A DNA stretch of 64,000 bases from an uncultured virus (IMG/VR IMGVR_UViG_3300037047_000119) (taxonomy: Duplodnaviria > Heunggongvirae > Uroviricota > Caudoviricetes): IMG/VR virus record IMGVR_UViG_3300037047_000119. One strand, written 5' to 3'. The position numbers were made by a program, and so were the translations under genes. Below are positions 21,101 to 29,500 of this stretch, piece by piece. The notes under the pieces were generated by a model. That model was not told the origin of the DNA and searched no databases. It saw only the letters and a list, made by a program, of their open reading frames with translations. Every line of letters starts with the position of its first letter. Position 1 is the first letter of the stretch.

Positions 21101-23496
21101 AAAAACACGTAAGGGGATGCCTGCACTCCATCGATAAGGAGAAAGTCCTCGATCCGATCCCGTGCCATGTAGTCTGGGACAGAGGTGCTACGGTCGAGGT
21201 TTACTGGACTTCGGAACAGTCCCAGGCTCACGCCGGAGTCCGAAACCCAGTTCTCCACTCCCTCCACAACTCTCCATCCAGGAAGGAAACCGAGGGCTGC
21301 ACAACCGGAAAGGTCTTTCTCCCCGCCCGTACCGAATCCGATCTCTACCGAAGTGATACCTCGGATAGCGACCCGACCCATGACCTCGGTGGTCGTTCCC
21401 GGGAGAAGCGCTGGCAGGGTGTCCTGCTGAATGGATGCCGCGACCTCTGCCGCCGTGTAGTACGTCCGAGTGGGGTCAACGGAGATCAGTGCTACTGGGG
21501 TCCACTCGTAAACCCCCGAGTCAACTGCAAAAAAGAAATGCTCATCACCCGTGAATCGGAAAATGTCCCGGTTTCGGGAGTAAAGCACCGATTGCGTTGT
21601 ATAAACGGCGGGATTCAAACTGGACTGTAGGAAATAGACCGGGTCCGTCCCGAACCGTTTGCGATCTGCCTTGCCGAGAACAACCCGGGAACCCCAGGAA
21701 CCTCTCTCCCTAGCCACATACGCCGTGCTAGCCTCGACCTTGAAACCCATGGAGGGCAGGTCGGTTTCCAGATCAACCTCTTGCAAATTCAGGATGGCTC
21801 CGGCACGGGAAAACAGGATGGAGTCCCCCACCCCGTCGGAGATCTGCCGAACACGTCCTGTATTCGCCGCCTCCAGAGTGTCTCCGCCGGGTCGGAGGGA
21901 AGCCTCAACACCCAGCAGATCAGGTAGCGCTCCCGTGCCGTCCGGAGCATCCAGCACTCCCGAAACACCGAGTCCTGGCAGGGGGACACTATCCGGGAGA
22001 TAGAGTTCATCACTCGCCGCGGTTGCGGGATCCCCGAGGGCATCGACCAGTCGTACCGGGGCACGAGTTGGCTGGGGCACCGCGTTGAGTGCCACACCGT
22101 CATAGATGACGGACTCCCCCAGAAAACTCTTGTCAAATGACACAGCGTCCGGGTCAGCCTTCTGAAGATCCTCCGGGCTGAAACGCAGTCGCCCCGTGGA
22201 CAGGGAAACAAGCACAGAACCAGAAATCGGATCGGCTGCACCTTCTAGTGCAGCATCTGTGGCCACAAGCGTCGGGGTCAGATACGCTCTGTTTCCGAAT
22301 TTCACCAGTGGATGATCAGTAGGCCCGGGAATCGGGGCGATGTACAGCAGGTCTACTGCTGCTCGACGCATCCCACCCACAAACCCGTCCGCGTTCTTGC
22401 TGAATCCCTTGTAGGAGTACCAGATGGTTTTTCCGGCATGCTGTGCGGCAAACGCCGGACTGAAACGGAGTTCTCCGGAGGTCTGACCCATAACCCCGTT
22501 CAGGGTTGGCTCGGAACTGAAATCGAATGTTGAAATCTCGCTGTCCGATTTTACGCGGATATCGGGTACCGGCTGAGACGCCGATCCGGGACTGTTCCCC
22601 ACGCGAACCATGGAGTAGCTGTCCCAATTGGAGGCGTCTCCAGGAAGGTAAGCCCCCACCGGCAGATTCGTGATCCTGGGATCGAACTGATACGTAGTGC
22701 CAAGCAGTAACAGGCCAAGGCTTTTGGCCGCGGACCCCTTGTACGGCTCCCACCGCTGAGTTCGCCCATTCCATCCGAAACGAGTCTCGTACCTGTCGTT
22801 CCGGGTCCACCAAAAACGGGACGGGGCTACCGTGTACCGAACTGTGACCACTAGGTCACCACGCTGCCGTGAGAGCCCCCCACCCAGAAGCGTCAACTGA
22901 GCATCGGACAGTTCCACCACCCCAGCCGCCGGTGACTGATTCCACGAGAGAACTTCCCACCAGAGATAAGGGGCGTCACCCTTCCGTCCGAGGCCCGGGT
23001 CATTCTCATCGACCCATCCCTCGTCATCGTACTCGGTATCCCCCCGGGCCAAAACCACGTACAGAATCGTACCCAGATCTCGGTTGCCGTCGTCACGTAC
23101 CAAAAAATGATCGGCCCCGTCGGTGATCGGGGGGTCGCCAACACCAGCTTGCAGGTCGACCACGGTTCGGGTTCCTGGTGGGATGACCCCGTATCCTTGT
23201 TCCGACCACCAAGAGGGATCATCCACCCATGCCAGATTGGCGGTGTTCTGAGCCCAAACGAGGTACTCAATGGGAGTCGTTCCTGGTGCCTCTAGGATCG
23301 CGGCACGATACTGATCTGCGGCGGCATCCACGAACACCGGAGGAGCCCCCAGAGGATCCCCCGGTTGCAGGGCGTACGAGTTGGGAACGGGTTTGGGACA
23401 CCGAACCACTCCAGTGTCGGGCTCAGCAGAGTTCACCGCATTGGTCGGTGAAACATTGACACCCCGGAGCACATGCCCTGTTGTTGTGAGTCCCAT
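12160..23496 (-). CDS. Giant 3778-aa putative virion structural protein (baseplate/fibre-like)
   Basis: Uninterrupted 11.3-kb ORF between spike and wedge genes; Gly/Pro/Val/Thr-rich, beta-strand-type composition. Confidence 0.8.
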   Translation of the reverse strand: MGLTTTGHVLRGVNVSPTNAVNSAEPDTGVVRCPKPVPNSYALQPGDPLGAPPVFVDAAADQYRAAILEAPGTTPIEYLVWAQNTANLAWVDDPSWWSEQGYGVIPPGTRTVVDLQAGVGDPPITDGADHFLVRDDGNRDLGTILYVVLARGDTEYDDEGWVDENDPGLGRKGDAPYLWWEVLSWNQSPAAGVVELSDAQLTLLGGGLSRQRGDLVVTVRYTVAPSRFWWTRNDRYETRFGWNGRTQRWEPYKGSAAKSLGLLLLGTTYQFDPRITNLPVGAYLPGDASNWDSYSMVRVGNSPGSASQPVPDIRVKSDSEISTFDFSSEPTLNGVMGQTSGELRFSPAFAAQHAGKTIWYSYKGFSKNADGFVGGMRRAAVDLLYIAPIPGPTDHPLVKFGNRAYLTPTLVATDAALEGAADPISGSVLVSLSTGRLRFSPEDLQKADPDAVSFDKSFLGESVIYDGVALNAVPQPTRAPVRLVDALGDPATAASDELYLPDSVPLPGLGVSGVLDAPDGTGALPDLLGVEASLRPGGDTLEAANTGRVRQISDGVGDSILFSRAGAILNLQEVDLETDLPSMGFKVEASTAYVARERGSWGSRVVLGKADRKRFGTDPVYFLQSSLNPAVYTTQSVLYSRNRDIFRFTGDEHFFFAVDSGVYEWTPVALISVDPTRTYYTAAEVAASIQQDTLPALLPGTTTEVMGRVAIRGITSVEIGFGTGGEKDLSGCAALGFLPGWRVVEGVENWVSDSGVSLGLFRSPVNLDRSTSVPDYMARDRIEDFLLIDGVQASPYVFLDNVPLQDVSGIDEGVFFALTTTFSDGESSFTFQRPLRHYEDIIHRFGQRKFEWAQRDTVIGAVDRQTTTLTFGVANLVPESFLNVPSISSGLMVSEEGGFYVPQDPDSDFVLAQGGASGTATLIARFGRRVTSGAKGTCDIGSHVFADPSALFVSRNVHPGYRLKIMSGGNAGSYVIRNVFFETAVSVDPAFPETNASPLTWEIYSGYEGSVYDPSLVADMSYKEFNHLPTEPFQIRVLSRAGSVPASVAASLLDVPRADVSEALQRDREILLRFGTSPTAAHEATPRLLGKKHLGILANGSLNIPDMDEVHVTAVRFYIQVGQRGYYHDSSLYGVTTFTYDADRIEYLTQDAVINGVRIPRGRLQFGSAVLSSMSGSEVYYAELLLYPSSLTIGTAEIDPSTGHIGLSAGDITQYANQPLYVAEKLVTENRRDVSINPMAGSFSPNVPVPVGSLVEASYWRADLEGRKIGDPITEFLPVFVRKAPTIRIGPNLYRFNDAGYTVDQRIEPSIWIGAMMQNFGRVDCVIDYPADWNGAGRILFTGKQVEETAVVTVTYAVFEAQGGERAFETSQKNVYRPPFYIKANQSQFGLRGNRVSEFQPGQMLRLGEDCFYIKSLLYYPPTADGKGDVTAVGIYPPTVTEVGSRAPGNDILALITSGPITTIVDPDGASPVVTSAPAGFMSPVEVSDFPFEPVVRGQKTIIFRGDLTSFAVAGHILELGGCPYTIASSELTPDGSRTNITVTGGFIRGVSVTENPTIKLSYRPVYPPETREFIGVGPVYDAESLELVLFGEESPEGTELPGRSLIPDVEFRVSPYSGAVELLAPVQKALGPSQKLFLSFTRLRALQPTMQDQVLQLPRYTADFLHVVSPSSENGLLGARVTASYTFSSPDSFYFRAVRVSQYMGEVAQDAIQEITAKQPAGGAFKLPAGGTDNWDQGRVGLRAERKNLLDVDRAARLFLEFYNNAVVTFEQVQETISGGFIGDRNGKFRFWIGHGRDYPTPGYEDNITGVLQPRSIWTDVVNADRAADLPVFTGPSDWVVVPDSIELVASEIDGTFLSPDKLAEMLARQGEYVRNDVDDLVMLQLGKVQVDRSSTAPYFRFKAKGVYGRMVASHQFSRLFPTRTKAFFRMFPGAGAQPGEGTAFNPGVYTAGREINGEWARTTGMQIGQVGNPVHGDLTQISTATLGLRRARARVWGYFPNGIPAGVFSAGTSVAITEPCLIASPLLLREVPINPETGYPDDSLFLSQSATGTVPDAVTGDPELAVPGLQTGDQISWGKPDGRILGAATPTTATLWGTTTNKSVFIRDILYGCVLRLQDSSGVAISAPEDLLVVETPAHEAGLGRGDSVLAISPTGTEIVPAPSLSDNPTFQTFSDMAARIEAYRNGFDLDIKTDGRVLDRTLPSKNDPVFYALKELFGQNPPDPMSAVEGPVEFVYDSQNPLVIPALTGAWTDDSGDYSIPYLKTGNTEIEQFGEISITTAQAVSARTGNVPPTFAVYPEEIVALDGAVASGGSDPAALVTASNLAPAPPGSTTPGEGFVRPFDFVLVQSPGLAEPSKFTASGGATLGPHGVFSVGSVVAGVGGSILEPPRFVTHTAAPSPGATSTGDGVNYVLDNAMVFVQGPYPADPQSEAIPPPGVQAFEAGGITVLDFGSTTIALNNGETDALGNLNDVLASGASITLRMIARPDSVVQFGPPGVNPLPNATGGVEALRLRFVGGQVHVWTYQDDPNAPAPVVLNPPTPTLFGTHTGIVPVVQARQIHIPILGVIPWAPMILPPGWATNKWFLPYTAGPNTMLYGFEYVFDIDASSFLSDTAWIEDDRLTFHDVYDLSFAGERGATHSLNPALSLETKLMVTGVPVGRTTASHYVSTVNTFSNGLTGLTPNPFTFLPRGGGTAVGDWTPRVGPATERGSLKVMAFEGWDNDPITASDVVFSTLPSCDYPEGSTTPICLGVGVTGSRYNTSFLISADAERLEHRITDVTLSAGSLGQIQSGDVAVITGSSNPSHPGSVHVGTYLVRHAVEPTGATSYREVAPTATAGVEDGFLPIQFPAVLAYAPGPSFQLQISDLAPAKGGPLVGSVNSGFPAAPARIYVIRNLADLASTDAGKFSQAVISAEYSGVTESSGTGVFTLTPGTFRDAAGNLLGSAAFASLVHEGQLVSGMKFLPVRVGGSSYGLPTNNVVGYDAGGSSVYGFRRLTLTPPLELRLFMSPVQNAQPLVFKAAAAAGASDGTLSKVAAANNVIPLVTLNPPPSHEFYSAEAEEIYHWVTHTLDLRQISNPNWSKMNSPTGSAGVGAGLIDCILPGTRFDLRGPDGGGVLQPGFRAQAGVFLQPSVPRSGVGLVPSLSHVRVVDLEHSLPDPTLLADYDREIGMRNGDEYYTSGAAPEIGEEVTFAIRRIRRFHDVGASLVNLQPLRFTYEIRRGLITGITQQVKQTTMVFATRFTMNWETIKPAGAPKAPDVWNDGGTYSGTNLGGFLSGDVNIHPGDLFRLLDKDGMCVEQIEIQTVLSQGSLLLAAPGIRKYSVANGTTRFEIWLRRAPVPHEQSNEQLLELITDRSVYRTSAAWGQASELGGYVPQVTGVVTYGDAVNRLYDDLRAPGSGQTFAALGVRKGDIVVIDPLGAIPRGSGGTPAAQEASSGPFGDESVPGRVDHAAAPVYTAGRPSPLDDNRGFYRVLKVVDTENPPYLLVNPVNSFAGTAVDPVIFDASDNTRAYVVYPTVNDSSLSGDQTESQMALRPTRARNPVTGSFKSYDDGLNKHSIRPFSYQVIRPTSVFEPETIDLVLMNRERTLSLIETLRMVGGTKGGSYFTFQRFAHLYDVGSPTNPILGLGVASNAYLMGFVGRVDVMPYANNAACLSLLDRRFWILDEQLDSLTYDSSSGVGMRRSGPGDTPYTEFTTLSGSLVRPVLPDLIDEVLDVTEKLRSFRYVWLAYRTHTLLGTLASIQRFDEELPARMQEQMEYLLLNTTLEKT

Positions 23497-24108
23497 TTAC
23501 ACCACCACCGAATTTGTAATCCCAGTTGCCGGAAATGTCGGGAAGGTGATGGCTCCGGTAACGGGTGCCGTCCCAGTCCCTAATAGCAGCAGTGACGCAA
23601 TCCCCACACCCAAACCTTGCGCGATCATGGGCAGGGACATCCCGACGGCACCCGCTGCGGACGCTACCGTCTGGGTCAGAATACCAGTCAGGGAGGGGGC
23701 ATTGGCGACAACAACCCGGGAAACGTCGGCTCCTTGTCCTACTCCCGCAGAAACTCCCGAGTACTGTGCAAAGATCCCGAACCCATCCGAAATCCCTCCT
23801 GAGACAACGATAGCCAGAGAAGATGCGAGTGCCCCTTGTATACCGGCCCCGGATAGAGCAGCTATCATCACGGATGGTGCAACGGGTACCACAATTCGAC
23901 TAGCAGGAGTAACGATAGCCCCGCCACCGGCGCCGCCAGCCGCCGCACCTACAAGGGCAAGATTCGCAGCCTGACCCACACCCCACTGACAGACACCAGA
24001 GGCTATCCCGAACGCCAGAACGTCAAAGGCAGCGCCCTGAAAAGGGAACACCCCAGCACCGCGATAACGAACGAGTGCCGAGTACAGTGCCGGAGGGGTT
24101 AGTGCCAT
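23497..24108 (-). CDS. Ala/Gly-rich hydrophobic hypothetical protein
   Basis: 203-aa ORF directly downstream of the spike gene and abutting the giant gene. Confidence 0.7.
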   Translation of the reverse strand: MALTPPALYSALVRYRGAGVFPFQGAAFDVLAFGIASGVCQWGVGQAANLALVGAAAGGAGGGAIVTPASRIVVPVAPSVMIAALSGAGIQGALASSLAIVVSGGISDGFGIFAQYSGVSAGVGQGADVSRVVVANAPSLTGILTQTVASAAGAVGMSLPMIAQGLGVGIASLLLLGTGTAPVTGAITFPTFPATGITNSVVV

Positions 24109-24117
24109 TCATGAACC

Positions 24118-26559
24118 TCACACTCCAACAATATGTCCCTTGGCACCAATGCCCCACGTCCCAAAAGGCAAACCTGTAAAAGGTTCTAGAGATCCGGCGC
24201 ACAGAATGGGTCCCGCATCCGGCCCGAAAATCGGACCACCCAAGTATACTCCGGCGAATCCTCGTACCGTCGCGACTCCTCCCGTTGCCACGAGACTCGC
24301 CGCGGCCTGTCCCGTCATCGAGGCAGCCCCCGCACTTGCCGTCAAACCCACATTCCCAGCCGCAGCCACTCCGCTGATTCCCGTTACACCCATGGTAATC
24401 TGACTGGTGACCGCGCGAGCCTGCCATTGGCCTAACAGCGTTTCGTATGTCATGTTGCCGATCAAGACCGTGGTCTTGTGGTTACCTAACCGAAACTGCT
24501 CCTCCCGATCTCCGGCGACAAACGTCACCCGTTCACAGACGAACCCGGGCATCATGGGTGCATACGTGCGCTCGTGAAGCGGGAAATTCGTGGGCAGAAG
24601 ATACTTGGGTCCACTGTAGGACTCTTGTGCCTGACCGTTGACCGCAAGCTGGAACTTCTCAGTCGAAATTGAGGTGCGCCGGACCCCGTCCAGGCTCACT
24701 TCCTCGTGTCCCAAAACACGCACAGAGGATGCGTTCAACTCGACTTCGTTGCCCTTGATGAGGACTTTTTTCTCAGCCTTCAACCGGGCATTCGTCCGGG
24801 CCTCGATATCGACGCTCGGAACGTCTCCAGATCCTCGTCCGGTACCCAACTGAGACTCAATCTGCATCTCTTGGGTTTGCGGAGGACCCCCGCCGTAAAT
24901 CCGAACGGCTCCTTCGGACGCCGTCAGACTCATACTGGACTTACTGGTCGTGCCTAATTCCAGATGTCCATTCATGAGCATCTGGAATTTTCCACCGAAT
25001 CCGAGTTTCAAACCGCCAGCGAGGTAAGCCTCGACTGAATTGCCCTTCGGGTCTCCACCAATGAACGCCCGTAACTGCCCCCCTTTGTTGACTGACCAGA
25101 ACGTCCCAGAGGTGTCTCCCAAGGGAGGGGAGACACGGAACAGCGAGGCAGCCTGTTCTGCAAGAGGCGTGGGACTCGCCCCGGAACCGGCCAGGGCAAT
25201 TTTCGCGGGCTCCAGTCTGGGGTTGGGCGTGTTGCCATCAAAAATGACCGCTTTGAGTGGCATCCCGTACTGTTTCCGCCCGTCCGGGGAGAAGGGGTCG
25301 TTGCCGACCACGCTTCCGAGTACCCACTCGATAAACGGCATCCCCGGGGGGATCTCCCGCCCCTTGGCCGTCTGCTCTTCCCCTGGCAGCCGCTCCGCGT
25401 CGAACATATCAGTCTGTTCCGTCACGGGCAGACGACCGTCAGACGTATGTGCAACCTCGATGCGGTACTCCGTCAGGGTCGAAGCGCCAGCATCCAGAAC
25501 TGCATTGTCCCGACTCTGGGAGGACACTCTGAAAATCGGTTTGGCACCGTATACGGCGTCGGCCTGATGCCGACCGTCAATGGCAAACCCGGACTCGGTG
25601 ATAAATCCCCCGTGGCGCAAGAAACGATAGGGGTCCAGGTAAGGATCCTCCGCCAGGAAACTACGCCCCATAGCACCTTCCGAGGCCGTTTCCGTGGGGC
25701 TTTTGTGCAGGTTCAATGCAGGGGTCAGGTACCCCGCGGAAATCCCCTCCTCTGGGGAAAGGACTCGCTCATTGAGAGGGACGCCAAGACTGGACTGTTT
25801 CCTCCCGTCCCAGTCCTTCCCGTCCGAAACCATGGTCGTAGGAAGGAACGTGGCGTCACGTTGCACCATGCCTGCGTAAACACGGGCACCGGCCATGGCA
25901 TGAAACTGCTGTAGGGATCGAAGTACAAATGCCTGATCCTGATCCCGCAGCCGGATCTCGTTTCCTCGGCGGTTGGCAAGGGTGACCCCTTCATCCAGTA
26001 CCAGATCTGAACCTTGGGCGGAAGAGGCAACGATGTTCCCTGGCTGAATATGCCGGAGCTTGTGCCGAATCCGGTCGTAAGATCCCTCCCAATACAAACG
26101 ATCTCCAGGGGTTGGATCATGCTCATCCAATTCGGTTTCAGATGTGGTGACCCAGTCTCGACCAATCCAAGCACCTGGGACGATCCAAGCCAGGATGACG
26201 GGGGTTTTCGTTCCTCCGCTGGGATCTGTGGTTGTGAGTTCCTGAGCCATCCATCCTACGACGCAGTAGTCCCCGATCTGGGGCATAGCACCTAGGAAAT
26301 GGCGGTTTCCAGCACCCGGGAAGGTGAGAGGCACAGGGACTCGCTCGTACGTCTGGGACGCCCCCATCAAAGTGCGGAGGGTTACCAGATACCCCTCGTA
26401 GTCCAAATTGACAACGACGGCGACGCCGAGTCCGTAGTTGGAGTCCGGACTGGTACGACGGAGATCCTGCTGTGCCTTCAGAGTCGAGGAGCGCAGTTCT
26501 CCTCGGGAGACCGTCTGAGGACCTCCCGGACGCCTTGATGTGTAGTCCGAACCCGGCAT
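24118..26559 (-). CDS. Baseplate central spike (gpV/gp5/VgrG-like: OB-fold plus C-terminal beta-helix)
   Basis: N-terminal V..VD...VTL...VPL....MPQIGDYCVVGW OB-fold pattern; C-terminal short beta repeats; follows the hub gene. Confidence 0.75.
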   Translation of the reverse strand: MPGSDYTSRRPGGPQTVSRGELRSSTLKAQQDLRRTSPDSNYGLGVAVVVNLDYEGYLVTLRTLMGASQTYERVPVPLTFPGAGNRHFLGAMPQIGDYCVVGWMAQELTTTDPSGGTKTPVILAWIVPGAWIGRDWVTTSETELDEHDPTPGDRLYWEGSYDRIRHKLRHIQPGNIVASSAQGSDLVLDEGVTLANRRGNEIRLRDQDQAFVLRSLQQFHAMAGARVYAGMVQRDATFLPTTMVSDGKDWDGRKQSSLGVPLNERVLSPEEGISAGYLTPALNLHKSPTETASEGAMGRSFLAEDPYLDPYRFLRHGGFITESGFAIDGRHQADAVYGAKPIFRVSSQSRDNAVLDAGASTLTEYRIEVAHTSDGRLPVTEQTDMFDAERLPGEEQTAKGREIPPGMPFIEWVLGSVVGNDPFSPDGRKQYGMPLKAVIFDGNTPNPRLEPAKIALAGSGASPTPLAEQAASLFRVSPPLGDTSGTFWSVNKGGQLRAFIGGDPKGNSVEAYLAGGLKLGFGGKFQMLMNGHLELGTTSKSSMSLTASEGAVRIYGGGPPQTQEMQIESQLGTGRGSGDVPSVDIEARTNARLKAEKKVLIKGNEVELNASSVRVLGHEEVSLDGVRRTSISTEKFQLAVNGQAQESYSGPKYLLPTNFPLHERTYAPMMPGFVCERVTFVAGDREEQFRLGNHKTTVLIGNMTYETLLGQWQARAVTSQITMGVTGISGVAAAGNVGLTASAGAASMTGQAAASLVATGGVATVRGFAGVYLGGPIFGPDAGPILCAGSLEPFTGLPFGTWGIGAKGHIVGV

Positions 26560-29500
26560 CAGTCTTCTCCGAACGTCTGACGGACATCTTCGGATGCCTC
26601 ATCAAAAGCAGCATCCGAGGTACTCCGCAAAGCAGCCGCAGAGGCGTCCTGCTGTTTCCACCATTGGGTATAGGTATCGCCCAGTCCCGTAGCCTGGGTC
26701 ACCAGGGTACTTGTCCGACGATCCGCGACGGCGCCGCGCAGGGCATCCTGTGACATCTGCCAATCCAAAGAGGAATCCAGCGAGGACTGGATCAGCATTT
26801 GCGTGACCGGATCCACTATACGGTTTGACAGGGAGTCTGAACCCAAAGATCCCGTCGAGGTCGGGGTGACTTGTAGGAATTGGGTCGTCCCTGCAATCTC
26901 CAGCATCACATCCGCTTCCGCGGCTTTGCACGTGCAAACGTTCTCAGCGACACCTGCGGCCAAATCGGCAAGGGAATACCCGGCGTTCACAAGCGGGATT
27001 TTCTGCGTTCCGTCTTTCCCCTTCTCGGCAAACCAGTTGCTGAGATTCAACTGTAGGACATTGGGGTCTCCGGTTGCTCGTGCCAACTTGAGATCCAGCA
27101 ACTGCTGGGTAGAGATCTGGCCCCCCAGGCTATCCAGAACTCTTTGCTCCATGACACTCCGGGCGGCGGGGCCGGACAAAAACACTTTGGTAGTAGCAGG
27201 AACGCCGGTACTCGATTTGACACCGGGAAGCGATTGTTCCACCCACAACCCTTTGTCACGAACGAAAACGTCTACAAGGTCCTCAACCGTTTTTCGGTCC
27301 AGCATCGAGAGAGGATCTTGCTTGTGCAAGACATCAAACACCCCCTCGGGGTCGATGTTCACATCTCGACCGTAACGGTAAGACCCGATGACCGTGTACC
27401 CGCGGCCGTCAGAAACAGGGAACACAGGAGGGAAATGATCGACCGGCTCCACGGAACGAGATCTGGTAACCGTCACGGGCACCGCTCGGTCCGGCGCGCC
27501 ATAGGCCGATGCAAGGGTCTTCGAGAACGTGCTCAGCACATTCACCTGAGTCTCGTAAGGGATCGCAGATTCTCCGTCCTGTAACTTTTGGAACCACGCA
27601 TCCCGTAGTGTGTTCACCTGGGTGCTGACATAGGATGCGTAAGAGGCTGCAGCCATCTCCCAGATCGCTCTGGAGTTCATCTGTTCAGACCCGGGGAACA
27701 ACTCTTCTGGTGCATCAGGGTTATCCGCCAACAGATAAGCTGACAGAGGCACATCCCAAGACCAGAAAACTCCACCCACACTGATGCTGGTCGGCGGGGT
27801 TACGGATCCGATCTCTGGGATCCGATCTCGGTACGACCCTGCGGCCTCCTCGGCGGCCGTCCTGGCGTCTTGGATGTTCGAGTTCAAAGTACTCGTCCAG
27901 CTTGCAAGGCCAAACACTCCTGCGGGGGTGTCAGTTAGCTGGGCCAACTGTGCTCGTTGTGTCAAATCCTTCTCGATGCCCGCAGTGAACGACCCACCCA
28001 GTTGAATTGAAAAGGATCCCTTTTTCGAGTGCTGACCGTCCTTGGAGACTGATATCTTCTGCACTCCGAACATCAGTTCCCGGATCTCACTGGTGGGGAT
28101 GAACTCCCCCTCTTTCGTCCGGTTGGTAAGCACCTTGATCCCCCAGACGGGGCGCTTCTTTGCCACCTGGGCCTGTGGGAGCACCCCATTTTGGATGAGG
28201 ATCTCGCGATTAGGCACGAAGGTGTCGACCTCGTAAGAGGCCCAGTCCTCCCCGATGAACGGAGACTCGGTCTCGGTACTGGTCACATGATCCGTTTTGA
28301 TGAAATGGGTGTAACGCTGCCCCTGGTGTTCCCGCAAAGGGTGGGAAGCAGAGTAGTAACGGTATGTTCCAGGAACAGCGGCATTCGACAGCATTGCTTT
28401 TTTGTCTGCAAGGAGATCAAGGAGTGTAGTTGTGGCGTTGGGATCTCCATACGATGTCCCGAACTTTCCGGCTTTGAAAAAACGATCCCCGATCCGACGA
28501 ATCAGATTCATCAGATACGCCACACCTCCCACTTGGTTCACATCCGCAAGACGTTCATCGAAAGCACTTTTCGCGGATTCAAACTGAGCAGAGAGTTTGG
28601 CTTGAGATTCACGCAGCCCTTCCAAAGCATCCTGGATACGGCTAATTGCGGCTGAGTTATCTTTCCCAGATTTGGCGGCCTCCTCCAACTCCCGGATCTC
28701 GTACTCTTTCTCCGCAATCTGCTGATCCATTTTGGTCATATGGTCACGGAGAGCGCCCTGCTGTTTTGCAAACTCAGTCTGCAACTGATTGTACTGGACG
28801 CCCAAAGCCCCAACATCGAAAGCACCGGAGTCGGTGACTTGAACCCCCCCGTCATCACGAGGGAACCAGAAATTGATAACGGCATCATCGGACGCCGACA
28901 TCGTGTACAAGGGACCCGGATCTCCCTTGTCCTTCGTAGTCAGCACGTTCAAATCCACCCCCATCTTGAGAAGTCCTTTGATCGACTCGGGGGTGTCAAG
29001 CATCTGGATGTCTGAACCGACAAGGAAAAACGCCGGGTTGATCTGCTCTGGGTCGAGGGTCATCACCACATTCGGGAATCCCGCCAGTGCAACTTTCCCA
29101 TCCCGGAAAACCTGCAACGGTGTGGGCGGGAACGCCGTATAGGAGAGGTTGATGGCCTCAATCCCGTCCTTCGCTTTTGCCGGATCCCCGGGGGCAAAAA
29201 ACTTCGCCCTTTTGCCAATACACTGCAACGTCGTCGTACACTGACCACCTACCTGATAGCTGTGTGCGAAACTGTTGCAGTAGTAAAAACAGTCCAGGTA
29301 AGGGATGTACACTGGATACCCGGGGCGCAATTCTGGCCGCATAGGAATCGTCACAGAGCATGAGTTCGTCGGGGCATTCATGATGTCCAGACGATTTATG
29401 GCCGCGAAGAACATCGATTTGGGGTCGTTGAAATACGCAGTCTCGAAATTTCCAGGCCGCCACCCGAACTGAGCAACCAGCCGGTAATCGATGTATTGAC

